64,000 nt of DNA. Origin: Podarcis erhardii (taxonomy: Eukaryota). The notes below the pieces were generated by a model. That model was not told where the DNA came from and searched no databases. It worked only from the letters and a program-made list of their open reading frames with translations. Where the stretch lies: NCBI GenBank assembly GCA_964252035.1, contig OZ176208.1, one strand, 5' to 3'. The first letter of the stretch is position 1; every line of letters starts with the position of its first letter. Positions 1 to 12,487 of the stretch are shown here, piece after piece. The position numbers and the translations under genes are program-made.

Positions 1-57
1 GAACCGCTGACCTTTTGATCGGCAAGCCCTAGGCTCAGTGGTTTAGACCACATGGCA
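1..57 (-). mobile_element. Sauria SINE, 5' fragment cut by window edge
   Basis: Reverse complement matches the 5' ends of the full copies at 37065, 42666 and 47168 (GTGGTCTAAACCACTGAGCCTAGGGCTTGCCGATC). Confidence 0.85.
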
Positions 58-1069
58 TTAAGAGTGTTCAAATCTCTACTTTACTTTCATTGGCTGCTAC
101 ATGCGAAGATGGAGCCCATACAACTAGCGATGGAGAAGCAGCTCTATTAAAAAATCTGGTTTAGTGGCAACTCATACCTGCTCTTCTCTATAGCTCCATT
201 TCAATGTAGCCATGCACAAAGTATTTTTTGGAAATGAATCAATACACATAATTTGTATTCTGAGTTGTTTCGCTGAAATACTGCATTTTAAGTGAAGTTT
301 TATAAGATCCAGAATGAAAAGAAAAGAAAAGGATTCCTTGAAGCTTGACCTATGCCAGATTGTAAAGAAAATACCCAAATAATCATTGACCCTTTATTAT
401 TCTCTAAATCACCTGTCCCTTGACTGAAATAATTTTCTTTCAGAGAAAAGAATTATCATTCAAGCCCTCCTACTTTCCATACTGTTTATTCTGAACAACC
501 AAAGAGTAGGTGGTCTACATAATACAGTTTCTTAGGCTTTCTGAATGAGATTGGAATTGGAATTGATGTACTTTATGCCTCATTTTATAAGACAGGAAGA
601 ATGCAGGACATTTTCTTTCTGACTCTAATAATGTCTAGCAAATCTTCCTCAGCATGATATGTGTGTGTATGTGCTCATGCATAAAATGTGCTGTGTCTCT
701 GCTTACTGGTGCTTTGAATATGCCTCACAAATAGGTGACTGACATGTTCTATGATTTCAGATTTTAAAGGAAGGCAACCCTTTATTACCACTACATATAG
801 GGTGGATTGAGTGATCGGTAGAGAAGCTGTGCTCTCAGAAATAACTCCACAGAAATGGTTGTTGCTTCAGAGTAGTGCACTGTACCCAATAGTTTGCCCA
901 GCACAGAATTCTTTGAATATATGAATTCTGTGCTGGGCAAACTATTGGGTACAGTGCGCTACTCTGATTCAGAAATGACCCACCAAACATGAGCTAATCT
1001 GACCCTAATACGTATGGTTGGGGCCCAATGTAGTTCATTTTAAGGCTGGGCCCTTCCTGAACTCTAGAA

Positions 1070-1520
1070 CAGGCTTCCTCAACCTCGGCCCTCCAGATGA
1101 TCCCTAGCTAGCAGGACCATGTCGTGAATTCCTTGCGGCACTTTTAGCAGAAACGCTCAGAGTCCCAGGGTTTTCCAGTGCAGTCTTTTTAATGTTATAT
1201 ACAGGTATTTACAAAAACAGTCCATACAGAGTACCTGCTCCTTAAGGCAAACAAATACTCTCCACCACAGCACCACCACACCACAGCACAACCACCACAC
1301 TTACTGTTAAACAGGCTTTCCTTTTAAAACAGGTGATAGCCAATCACATTAATCACATTCCTGTTGAGTCACTCTGACCCAGCACTTCACAGAGTATTGC
1401 ATCAGCCTGTTGAAGCCTGCAGACTTACTTATCATCCTGCGAATCCCAGCTGACCAGTGGTCAGGGATGATGGGAATTGTAGTCTCAAAACATCTGGAGG
1501 GCTGAGGTTGAGAAAGCCTG
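1070..1520. mobile_element. Palindromic hAT (Charlie-type) MITE with an internal insertion
   Basis: TIRs CAGGCTTCCTCAACCT / AGGTTGAGAAAGCCTG; 8-bp TSD CTCTAGAA / CTCTTGAA; the halves match the uninterrupted copies at 5647 and 39213. Confidence 0.8.
1120..1451. mobile_element. LTR-like insert nested in the MITE
   Basis: Starts TGTCG and is flanked by GACCA on both sides within the MITE. It lacks a clean CA end. Confidence 0.45.
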
Positions 1521-1569
1521 CTCTTGAACTTTCAGTTTTCCCAGTGATGTCACAGATAACTGTCAGTTT

Positions 1570-2210
1570 GCCTTTCTTAGTACAGAAAGTATTGATCTGA
1601 TCTTTCCTATTCTGATTAGTTCAAGCGGGTTCTAGAAGGTTTCTTTGTGAAAGGTTTTCTTTCCATGTGAAAGAAACAGAAGGAAGGTTTTTGTTTGGGT
1701 TATTTCTGCTGGGTACAGCTACTTTAAACTGATTTTGTTGTTCTTTCTGTCAAGATCATACTGACTATAATAGTAAGACCAGGAGGAACCTGGGTCTCAC
1801 TCACTTTCTCTTCTATCTCTCTTTGTTCTGGTGTTCTGTTCTGTGTGCTTAGTGTTAAGATTTAGTCTTATTATAAGTTTTGAAAGTTTTATTGTAAGTG
1901 CTGCAACTTGATTTTTATGGACTGTGCCAATCCTGAATGTTTTGGATATGTGACCATTCTGCTCATTTGCCTTCAGTGGCAAGTAAAAGCTCTGCTGGAT
2001 GAAGTACAATTGCCTCTGGTCTATTTTTTGGGAACTCTGCTATGTGTTTTTCCCTCCTCCAGCGATGGTGAGAATGCTCAAAGTCCTAATAAGGCATAAC
2101 ATTTGTAGGGTCAATATCTTGGCCAGTGGGATTTCTGGGAATTATTTGGTCCTGCTTTTTACTGAATGGTTGGTCCATTCTCATTGTCTGGTTGTGTTTG
2201 TGGTTTGGGA
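1570..2210 (+). repeat. LTR-like interspersed repeat, copy 1
   Basis: Long colinear similarity to 62050-62540 (CTTAGTACAGAAAGTA.TGATCTGAT ... GCCAATCCTGAATGT ... TGCTCATTTGCCTTCAGT). Confidence 0.6.
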
Positions 2211-4178
2211 CCCTTCCCAGTTAAGTTATGAGGCTGGGAGTTTTGCCCAAAATTGAATTGACTTGCGAAGCTAAAACAGCTGAAATTTAAATGCTTTGAT
2301 TTATCTAAGTTATGAAAGACAACTGATGTTATTTAAGTGTTCTTTCAAAGATTTTGATAACAGCACCTAATATAGCCTATATTACATTAGAAAAGATATG
2401 TGTGGATTTTAGTTCCAAACACCCTGCAAATACTTATAAATGAGGGGAGGGGGGAGAGACCATACATTTCCAATAATATAATTACTTGGCAATGATAGTA
2501 GGACTGAATCAGTCATAAAATAAATTGAAAGTTAATGTTTTAAGGACAGATTAATCAAAAGGATGACTGAAATAATGCCTATTAAAACATGTTAAATACT
2601 CAGATGCATCTTTAGTTGGTTTTTTTTATTTGCAAAAAACCCCCAAAAACTTGTATTTTAACCACTTTTGCTTAATAGCTCAGATAATGGACTCCATTTT
2701 ATAATCTATTGTAGCATGTGAAAATAAAACTATTAGGAAACCAATTGATATGATCAACAGGAAATTTTAAAATGGTTGTTACAGAGCAAGAAGCATTCTA
2801 TGTTTGAGAATGTGAATTTTATAATATGCGGTATCTTCATGTTTGAATACTCCCACAGTTTAATTATCCTATGTTCAGCTGTGAGCTAGCTCAGCTTGAG
2901 TATGGGATTGAAAAAGGGAATGGTGAAGCATCTTTGGTTGCGAGTGGGGGAAAGATTTATTTGTTTCAGCCAGAAAGAAATTCTAATACTATGATCCACA
3001 GTTCTGCGCATGTGCACATTCATACCATCGAAAAGAACCAATCCTTGCATGCAAAGGGATGTTCATGAAACGAACAGGAAAGCTAGGGACAGTATTTAAT
3101 GAATGGTGCAACTAGGGATTTTGCCAAGTTCACCCGAGCTCTGCTAAGGAACAAGCATAAGTGAAGTCACTATCAAAAGTGACCCTTTATAAAGCTCCCA
3201 AATTCTTTTCCCACTCAGATTTTGGCACAGCACCACCAAAGGGATCTATCTGCACACAAACAACCTTCTGATTTTGTCTCTTTGTCTTCCACCTACCATT
3301 TTGCCAAGATGGCTGTGGGTATTTTTTTCTGATCCTTCAGGCTGGAAAAATTACCAAAACATGAGCACTGCAGAAGAGATTCAGAGATCTAATCCATCTT
3401 TAGGGGAAGCGTAATGAGCAGGAGAGCACTGTATACACATTGAAGTTCCTGAATTTGGAATAGATAGACAGATTTTATTTCTTTGTGTTAGGAAAAGTTA
3501 TTTCACTTTAGCCAGCCCTGTGTATCTCTATGCTATCTCTATGCCTGAATTCTTTTCTGTAATAACATGCTTGACCTTAAATGACTGTGTGTGGTTTATT
3601 GTTGTTGCTGTTATCTTACAATTGCCAGGCAAATGTGGATTTATTTATTTTTAAAAAAAATTGTTTAGGCTGTGAGTCTTTCAGGTTAACCTTAACAAGC
3701 TAACCTGAGAAGTTGTCTCCCCTTCAGGGGTAACTGAGTGTCTGAGAAGTTAAGCCTTCTGTCCTGGAGATGGAAGAGGAAATAAAATGAATCTGAGGGT
3801 CAAATGAATGCACTCCACATTCTTCAACATAATCACTTATGACCTTGAATGACCATGCAGTGCTCAAATGACATTTGTGGTCTTGTGCATGCTCTATTTA
3901 AAACCTAGAAGCAGAGAAAATTATCATGGGCACTAACCACTTTTATCAACCTAGCATGCTCCTGGTTCACACTTTCTTAGAGTAAAGCAGACGTACTTTG
4001 TATTCATTATTTATATTTTATTGATGTCTTTTTTTAAAAAATCTTCCTATGCTTAAGTGCTTACTACTTCTTTCCTTCCCTCAAGCAATTGAAAGCAAAT
4101 TAAAAGAGGTAATGGAACTTAGACTGGACTGTGCTCTCTTGTACTAAATAATATATTTGGAGACAGGGTGATGTTTGC

Positions 4179-4183
<5 letters not shown>

Positions 4184-4217
<34 letters not shown>
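4184..4217. repeat. (CT)n microsatellite
   Basis: Directly visible. Confidence 0.95.
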
Positions 4218-4218
<1 letters not shown>

Positions 4219-4714
4219 GTGTGTGTGTTCCTAATATTTAGGTAGGATCTTTCACTTTCATTTATCTGGGATGTGGAGATTATAAACCTTTCTTCAGATA
4301 TACCAAAACTTTTTTTAAAAAATTATATTAAAAAGTACAAAATAACAAGTGTACAGAGTAAGACACAAACACACACAAAAGAAATAATATCCATGTAGAA
4401 AACAAAAAAGGAAAAAGATAATTAGTACAGTACAAAAAAAGGGGTGGGGACCTTGTTATTATAGTTAACCACACCTTAATTTCATATGGTATTTATACAA
4501 AAACTTAAAGTCAGGGGACCTTTTGGCCTTGCTTGCTTATGAGAAAGTGAGTTACTATTTTATGGCTTTTAGTTAATAGATAGATTGATTTTTAAAAGAA
4601 AAAAATATAAAAAATCACATTTGCAACTACCAATAGGTCTCCTGAATCAAGCAAGAAATATCCCTACTCCATTTGTGAAACAAACCAGGGGGATAAAGGC
4701 TAGTTACTTGTGGT

Positions 4715-4862
4715 CAGTGGTTTTTCTGGGGGTATGCGGGGGTAGATATACCCCTAAACATTTTGTGAATCTAAGTTTGGCCTCATGGAGGGGCAGTATT
4801 TCAATATAAGTAGGAAAATGAGAGTACCCCTAAACATTTTTTTTTAAAGAAAAAAAGCACTG
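4715..4862. mobile_element. hAT MITE (CAGTG ends)
   Basis: CAGTGGTTTTT...AAAAAGCACTG with a perfect 8-bp TSD CTTGTGGT. Confidence 0.85.
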
Positions 4863-4928
4863 CTTGTGGTACAAGATGTTTCAAAACCAAGCCAACTATA
4901 CTGTAGAGAAATATGTGCAGTATACTAG

Positions 4929-5177
4929 AGTCATACATTGGAAGTTGAACAGAATCCATTCCGGAAGTCCGTCCAACTTCCAAAACATTTGGAAACCAAA
5001 GTGTGGTTTCTGATGGGCTGCAGGAACCTCCTGCAGCCAACCGGAAGCCGCGGAAGTTCCGTTGGACGTTCAGCTTCCAAAAATAGTTTGCAGACCAAAA
5101 CAGTTACTTCTGGATTTGCGGCGTTAGGGAGCCAAAGTGTTCGAGAACTAAGCTGTTCGAAAACCAAGGTATGACTG
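4929..5177. mobile_element. Tigger/pogo-like MITE
   Basis: Ends ...AGGTATGACTG|TA; degenerate left end GAGTCATAC. Confidence 0.6.
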
Positions 5178-5646
5178 TAATTGTTTTTGAGAAGCATCCT
5201 AACACTAAGCACAGTAGGAAACCAATTAGCATTTCAACGGGGAATGTTGAAAAGTAACAGCCCAATACTAAGTGGAATGCCAAAATTGTCAACAATTTGA
5301 AGTGAAAACAATACAAGCCTATGCTATCCTGTGAACTAACATGTGACTGAACCATTTAGAAAGCCATTGGCCTGAACTAAAGTCAATGGCTACGAGCCAC
5401 AACAGCTATGTTCTTCGTCCAGTGTTGGACGCAGTATGCCTCCGAAGACAACTTGCTGGAAATCTTAGATGTAGAGAATGCTGCTGTACTCCAATTCTGC
5501 TTGCAGTTTCCCCATGGGCACCTTGTTGTTCACTGTGAAAACAGGAAGCTGGACTAGAAGGACTTCTGTGCTTTTCCATCAATTATATACCTGTTCCCAT
5601 GGCTGAATGTCTTGAGTAAGCAATGTCATTTTTCAATGATGTAGAA

Positions 5647-5782
5647 CAGGCATAGGCAAACTCTGGCCCTCCAGATGTTTAGGACTACAATTCCCATCAT
5701 CCCTGACCACTGGTCCTGTTAGCTGGGAATCATGGGAATTGAAATCCCAAACATCTGGAGGGCCGGAGTTTGCCTATGCCTG
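5647..5782. mobile_element. Palindromic hAT MITE
   Basis: TIR CAGGCATAGGCAAACTC; TSD ATGTAGAA / ATGTGGAA. Confidence 0.9.
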
Positions 5783-5916
5783 ATGTGGAAATATTGAATG
5801 ATCTCCAACACAGGCTGAAATAACCTAACTCCACTGATTTCCATGGAAGTTTTGCACATCACAGGGAAATTGAACGAAATACATTTGGAAGAAAGTTAAT
5901 GCAGGATAGATTTAGT

Positions 5917-6191
5917 CAGTGTTCTTTTTTCTTAAAAAAATGTTTAGGGGTACTCTCATTTTGACCCAAGAAAATCACTGGGAAAGGAAATGAAGCCGCT
6001 ATCGGAAGTGGTAACAACGAAGCTGACCAATCACCATGCTAGATTCCAACTCCTACTTCACACATTAAACATGCTAGATTCCAACTCCTACTTCACACAT
6101 TAAACACTCGCTTCTGACTCAGGAAACACTGTGAGAGGAAATGAGGCCTAATGATTCACCGTCCTCGAGAAGAATATATATATCTACGAAA

Positions 6192-6240
<49 letters not shown>

Positions 6241-6307
6241 TTCCGTTAGATTCACAAAATGTTTAGGGGTATGCATACCCCTGTGTCCCCCCAGAAAAAA
6301 AGCACTG
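5917..6307. mobile_element. hAT MITE with internal tandem duplication and (TA)n
   Basis: CAGTG...CACTG ends; perfect TSD GATTTAGT; termini related to 4715 and 60940. Confidence 0.85.
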
Positions 6308-6729
6308 GATTTAGTCTTTAATCAGAATGAGGGAATCTACCTTTTTTTCCTCTGTTTCATAACTGTTTCCAAGATTACCTTTTCCAAACTCTCAGCTCCC
6401 ATCTGTTGTAGACCTGGGGTGAATTTCTTTTAAGCTTCATGAAATATGTATCGGCATACATGTTCCTCCAATGTGTGCTTTCTCAGTTAGTCGTGCATGT
6501 TTCCTGTAAGATTTCCTGCTGCTTTCTTCAGAAGAATGACAGAGGGATTCTGCACTGAGGATTTTGTACACTTCTTTGTTTTATGCAGTTCCATAAAATA
6601 AATAACTCCATTTGCCATCCAAAGTAATATTTGTTGGAGAAGATTGTTCCATCACAATTTTCTCCATTTCTAATTATCAGAGCAACCTTGTATCAACTGT
6701 GGTGTCACCTTGGAGATTTGAATAGCCCT

Positions 6730-7420
6730 ATGATTCCCTTTTTTGCTTTTGTTTTTTATTAAGTTTTGTTTTGCATACATCCATATACATTTTCCATCCA
6801 TAATTAAGACTAAGCCTAAGAATAAACAGATACATAAGAGAAAACAAAATTACATAGCCACTAAATATCTTTCCCACCTCCCGTACCCCATAGTTGATGT
6901 GTTTCATTATCAGACCTTAAAAATTCTAATTTTTTGATTTGACTTCTGTCTACCACCTCAATTTGAATCATTTTTTCTTTCCTTAACTGCCTTCTTTAAA
7001 TGTTTTCCATTTCTTGGTATTGAATTGTTTGGTTATAACTGTTTTGTCTTTTGCAAAAATTAATCAAAGCATAATAAAGGTTTTATTTGAGAACAATGTT
7101 TTTCTAGGTAATTTTTATAACACTCCCATTCCTTAGTGAACTTTTGGCTTGTTCTATTCCTAATTGTTTCTGTCATTTTTAGCCAGCTCAATGTATTCAA
7201 ATAACTTTACTTGGCCTATGATTCCAGGTTTCCTTTACAATAAATGTTTTGAACTCCAACTTAAGGCCAGACCTCCTTCTTTTGTTAAGCAAAACCTAGT
7301 CAATTATCTTCCTTGGTCTATTAGGAAATTGCCATTCTGGGACCACCCTACTTTTTGTCAGTCTTCGTAATCTCCCACTCTCTCCTGAATTCCTTATGGG
7401 GCTATGCTACTAAATTTCAA
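6730..7420 (-). mobile_element. L1-type LINE 3' fragment
   Basis: Minus strand reads like a decayed ORF2 C-terminus (LFEYIELAK, similar to the copies at 23082 and 53472) followed by a 3' UTR. Confidence 0.6.
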
Positions 7421-10323
7421 CCCAGTTACTAATGCTGTGTACCTGTGTATTGTGGTAAACATGTGTGTTTCTGTGCTAGTTCAGCCATGAGAAAATGTTT
7501 CCACTAGCACTAAATTTCTGCAGTCATTCATATTTTGGAAAAGTTTTCCCCTGAATATGGAGAATTGGTCTGTAGACATGGTGACACACATCCTTATCAA
7601 GCATAGCAACTGGTGGATGAACATGCCAAAACGAGGAAGTATATATATGTGTGTGTGTGCACTGAATGCTTTTGACTTCTAGATAGAATTGTGCCTGCAG
7701 CCGGAGGTTGAAATCAGTTAATTTTTATAATGTACCCAAATCAGTGCATGGACCAGAACTCAATAGAAATGTATATTTGATTGGCAGATGCATCTCAAAA
7801 GCTAGAAGATTCCATTGTGAATTTCTTATCAAGACAAATTCCATATATAGTCTTTTCCTTTTTATTGCTACTTGTAAACGGAGCTGACCAAAAGTTATGT
7901 TAGAACCTAGATCGCTGTCCGAGGTAGACAGGATTTTCAATTAGTAATATGGAAACTGTGTATAAATTATATCCAACTAAATAAAATCCATATCAGTTTA
8001 ATGCAATGACAGTGAGTCCCTCCAGGCATCCTTTTAACATGCATTTTTGATGATTTGTGCTCATGATGCTATCACACATGGTCCTGCTTCCAATAACATT
8101 TGGGCTTGCAAAGGTTTTGAGATGGTAACACAGCCTCATTTCCAATCCATGCTTACCCTGTAACATTATGATGAACTCATATCATTCTTTAATGCCACAA
8201 ATGTTCTGGTTATTTTTGCCCCTTTTTTGTTGCACTATCGCCTCTTCAAACAGCAATAATGTGTGGAGAACATGTTGCAGTATACATCTATAATAAAACA
8301 CCAGCCTTGAGGGGCCAATTGACGGCCCTAATTCTGATGAAAGCATCGTAGTGAAGCATGATAGAGAATGTGTTTTTGTGGGGTTACATTCTTTTCATAA
8401 AAATAAGACAAAGAAAATGTTGGAACGATATAGTGAAACAAAATAGGAGGCTGAGCCTAAAATACAATATACAAATTGTGAACGGGCCATTTAATCAAGT
8501 AACTTTGACGTATGGTGTCACACCACAATTCATCAAGGCAAGAGAGTCTGAATAAATCAAAGAGAAAGTTCCAAACAGGGCATTTATTAATATCAAAGGA
8601 GATCATGGGGACAATAATAAATGGATCATAAATTGTTAATTAAAACATTTTGGTCAGAGATCAAAATAAGGTTTCTAACCATTCTAAGGTTGTCTCCCGA
8701 GAGCAGTCTTGACAGGAAAGAATTTCCATAACTTTTAACTAGATTTGGATGCATTTGGAAAGAGGGTTATGTGATGAATTTTAAACTGGAGCTTATGTTA
8801 GTTAGGATAATTGGAGGAATCTACCAAAAGCTAAGAACTTTTAAGGCTATAATCCAATACACAATTACCTGGAAGTAAGCCTCATTTAACTCAGAAGGAC
8901 TTGTTTCTGAGTAAATATGCATGGGGTTGCATTTAACAGACGTTTGGTGGAGCAGGCATTCATGTGCTTATCTTTCTCTCCAGAGGAAATGAGAGGGGTT
9001 TAGAACTTCTTGACTTTGGATATAATCAGGAAAATACTTGAAACTTTCTCTGAAAATTCTGATATTTTCACAATGGGAAAGAGGCTGTTGGAAACTGACT
9101 CTTCTTGAGAAAGGAAACATGGCTTAGTGGTAGAAAGTTAAAATGGAAAGGATTTCTGCCTCAGAACTCCAACAATAGAGTTGTACCTCAGAACTGCAGC
9201 AGTGCACCCAGGTGAAATAAAATCTGACATTCATCAGTAGAGATGAGTGAATTTGTCAGCTTCAGAATCTCTCAGTTTCTAATTCTTCCAAAGTGAAGTT
9301 ACCAGTACTTCCTCTTCATTTTCTAATGAAAATATATCAGCATTTTCAGTCAAAATTTCTTCTAAAAATATTTCATTATGGTATGTCGTTTTCAGCAGTG
9401 CATGCATCTTTATGTACATTTTACCCAAGTATCTCTGCATGTTGTTCGTATTGTTTGGAATAGTGCATTGCAAAATTTGGAGACGCGTGAATTGTGAAGG
9501 AATGCTGTGTTTCAATTCACGTATTGGTTTAAGTAGTGTGGATTTGGTAGTTACACTTTCAAATGAAAAAATAAATAACATCAAACTTCTACTCCCATTC
9601 CTACTCAATAGTTTTTTCGATGTAAATGTTAGGCCTTCAGAGTGCTTGCTACTTGGCTAACTACTGGTCTTGCCTGTATACTACCTAACTTTCCAGATCT
9701 ATCTTCCTCTCTTATTTATTTATTTGCTTTGATTTTAGTATACTTCATATACTACACACACACAACATATATATACCACCCATTAAATTAGACCTCTTAT
9801 CACCATCTCTCATACAGCCATTCTCCAGTCAAAAATATTTCAGGAAGAATTCCATTTGCAAAGAAATGAGGAGGAAGCCATTTTTGTCATAGTGTTTGAG
9901 ATGTAGTGCATCTGTGACATCCTTGCAATGTCCCGATGGAGGTAGATTAGCAGGCAAAGTGCAAGTGCAGTTGTCATTGGTATGTATGCCAGGTGCAATA
10001 AGTATATATGTTAGCATTCATCCCCATGACTTATTCAGAAACTCGTAATATATCACCATGTTCTATCCTGTCAGCATTGCTGCAGACATACACTCAGCAC
10101 ATATATGTATGCTCAGAGTAAAAGTAAATGATACATGGCAATTATTTTAGTTGATGCCACAGTCAGTGAATGAGTGCATTTTATGCAAGAAGCGGGTGGG
10201 ACCTTCTGCAAAATAAATCCAACAATGTGATGTAAACACAGACTTTCATTTGTTTAATGTTTTGTGATTGTCTCAGAGGAATAGATGAATCTTGTCTCCA
10301 TCTCTCTTTCTTACTAGTGCACA

Positions 10324-10663
10324 CAGTGCTGCATTTACGTATAAACTAAACAAGCTATAGCTTTAGGGTCCCACTCTCTTGCCCCTCCCCCAATATACTT
10401 CTTATTAATTGTATTTCACTATTAATATACTTCTTCTTAATTTTATTTCAGTTCAACAATTACTTTGATAAAATACATATTTTGTTATGTGCAAATGGCT
10501 TTAGTTACCTATCAAGTCCATAAATTACCATATAGCATATATTTTTTTTAAAAGGCAACAATTTGTTGTTGACAAAGGATAGCTGGACATATAAAGGGCC
10601 CCATATAAAGGGCCCCATTACCTTCAGCAGCTTAGGGCCTCATCAAACCTAAATCTGGCCCTG
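10324..10663 (-). mobile_element. hAT MITE (CAGGGCC/CAGTGC ends)
   Basis: Perfect TSD AGTGCACA; inverse copy of 54139-54568. Confidence 0.85.
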
Positions 10664-12487
10664 AGTGCACACATATATGTTCTGCATCTTCTCAACATGC
10701 CTGAGCATTTTTGCTCTCCTGCGACGTACCAATCTTAATCTATTTCTTTAGATCAGTAATCACTCCATTGTGGGGATTCACTCCATTGGCATGCCCAAGA
10801 GGCTCAGTGGTTTAGACCACAGAGCCACCCACCACCCTATTAGCTAACAGGCAACCACAACAGCCATAGTACAATATATGCAAGTTTATTGCATCAGTTC
10901 TGGTTGTGCCTCTAGGGGCTCCCTTCCTTCCTGGAGTATAGCTTAAAGTGCTCCAAACATATGCTAAGAGGGAAAGCAGAGCACAACAGGAAGAAGAAAG
11001 AAAGAAAAAGCTCATGAACGAGAAACCCTGATGGCTTCCTATGAGACCATCTCCAAGATGCTTTTGTCTACAAATAACGTCAAAGTAACTACAGTCAAAG
11101 CTTATAGAACCAATGTTTTGCATCTGATTGTGTTCACATCTTGTGAACCCTAAAACGTCTCCTAATTTTGTCCTCCATTGACTTTTACGATTGTCCTAAG
11201 GCTCACACATATGGAAAGCAGTGACATTTCATTTTGCAGAAAGAAAGCAAACTAGTATAAGTAGGTTTTCCCAAGTTTTCATGGGCCCCTCATCTCTTTA
11301 CAGCCAATTAGTACAGTAGGCCGAAACATAAACCATATGATTGCTTCTGTTGCACTAGATAATTACCATATACTTGAGAGAGCAGGCAGACTCTGGTGAA
11401 ATGTTGTACTAGAAGCAAGCAGATTCTAGAAAACTGCTAACCACAAACTTGCCTTAGAAAATCTCCAGTGCAGAATTTTCCTCAATAGCATCAATCAAGC
11501 TAGATAAGGCTTTAGGATAGATTGATTTGTGTAGTTTTTCAGAGGGGGGTGTTGGGGGGGAAAATGTGGGGAAACCCACATATTCAAATCGTTAGAAACA
11601 TATATATGTATATAACGTTCTGAGAGATTGTAAAGTCAGACGTAAACCGTTTTGTAAAAGTAATTTGAGTGATTGCTGATATTTTTGTTCATAGTCTGGA
11701 TAGTAAAAACACATCAAGAATGACAATGCTGTTACAGGCTGTGGAAAATTAAGATAATGGTGCACTTTAGAGCAGACCAAACGATCTGTTGTATAGAACA
11801 TCATTATATTTTCACATTCTGCCAGAGTAAGTATTGACTGACATTTCCAGCTGGGTAAAGTTAAATAGAAGCCCATCAACTGGCAGATAGCAAGTCAGTC
11901 TTGTTGATGCGGGAGGGGGGGAGTCATATTATCTATGTTGTGAGTCCCTTTGACTGGAAGTTGATTTATCTGGAATATAATGTGATTAGAGCATTTTTGA
12001 ATTCAAATAGATTTATTTATGATGAGTGTTTTGTACAAGGCATGGAAATGGATTTCCTGAAGATGATGCATTTTCATTTGTTTCCGCTCGTAGTGAATGG
12101 AAAATGTAAGGCGGCGTGTGATAAGGAATTATGTAAACTCCTCAAATCAAAATGAAACCAACATTTTAACATTCAGGAAGGTTTTTTTATTGTTTGGTTT
12201 AAGCAAAGGAGACAGAGAATTGTGGTCTGAAAAGAGTGGTATATTCTCCCCCTGAATAAGTGAATTCAGGGTTGAAAAATACATTTGTTTACAAGGGTTT
12301 TGAAATTGTGGCACTATATTGGCAATAGAAAAGGTCCAATAATAGAGACTGCCTAGATCACTGCAATATAGGCCTACACAATTTAGGAGCCACCAAAGTG
12401 AATACAAATAATTGCAGTATGTCTGGCTTGGTCTGTTTTGGCATCTAGTCTACACTGTCCTGTTCCTCCTGAGCAGCACAGCTTTTA

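Noticed and set aside
9279-9660. Opposing 109-aa and 82-aa ORFs
   Set aside because: They lie within an old AT-rich MITE-like repeat also present near 20677-21178.
10940-11150. K/E/R-rich peptide (KRESRAQQEEERKKKLMNEK) suggesting a retrocopy
   Set aside because: Short, driven by an (AAG/AAAG)n purine run, flanked by stops, and no protein was recognised.
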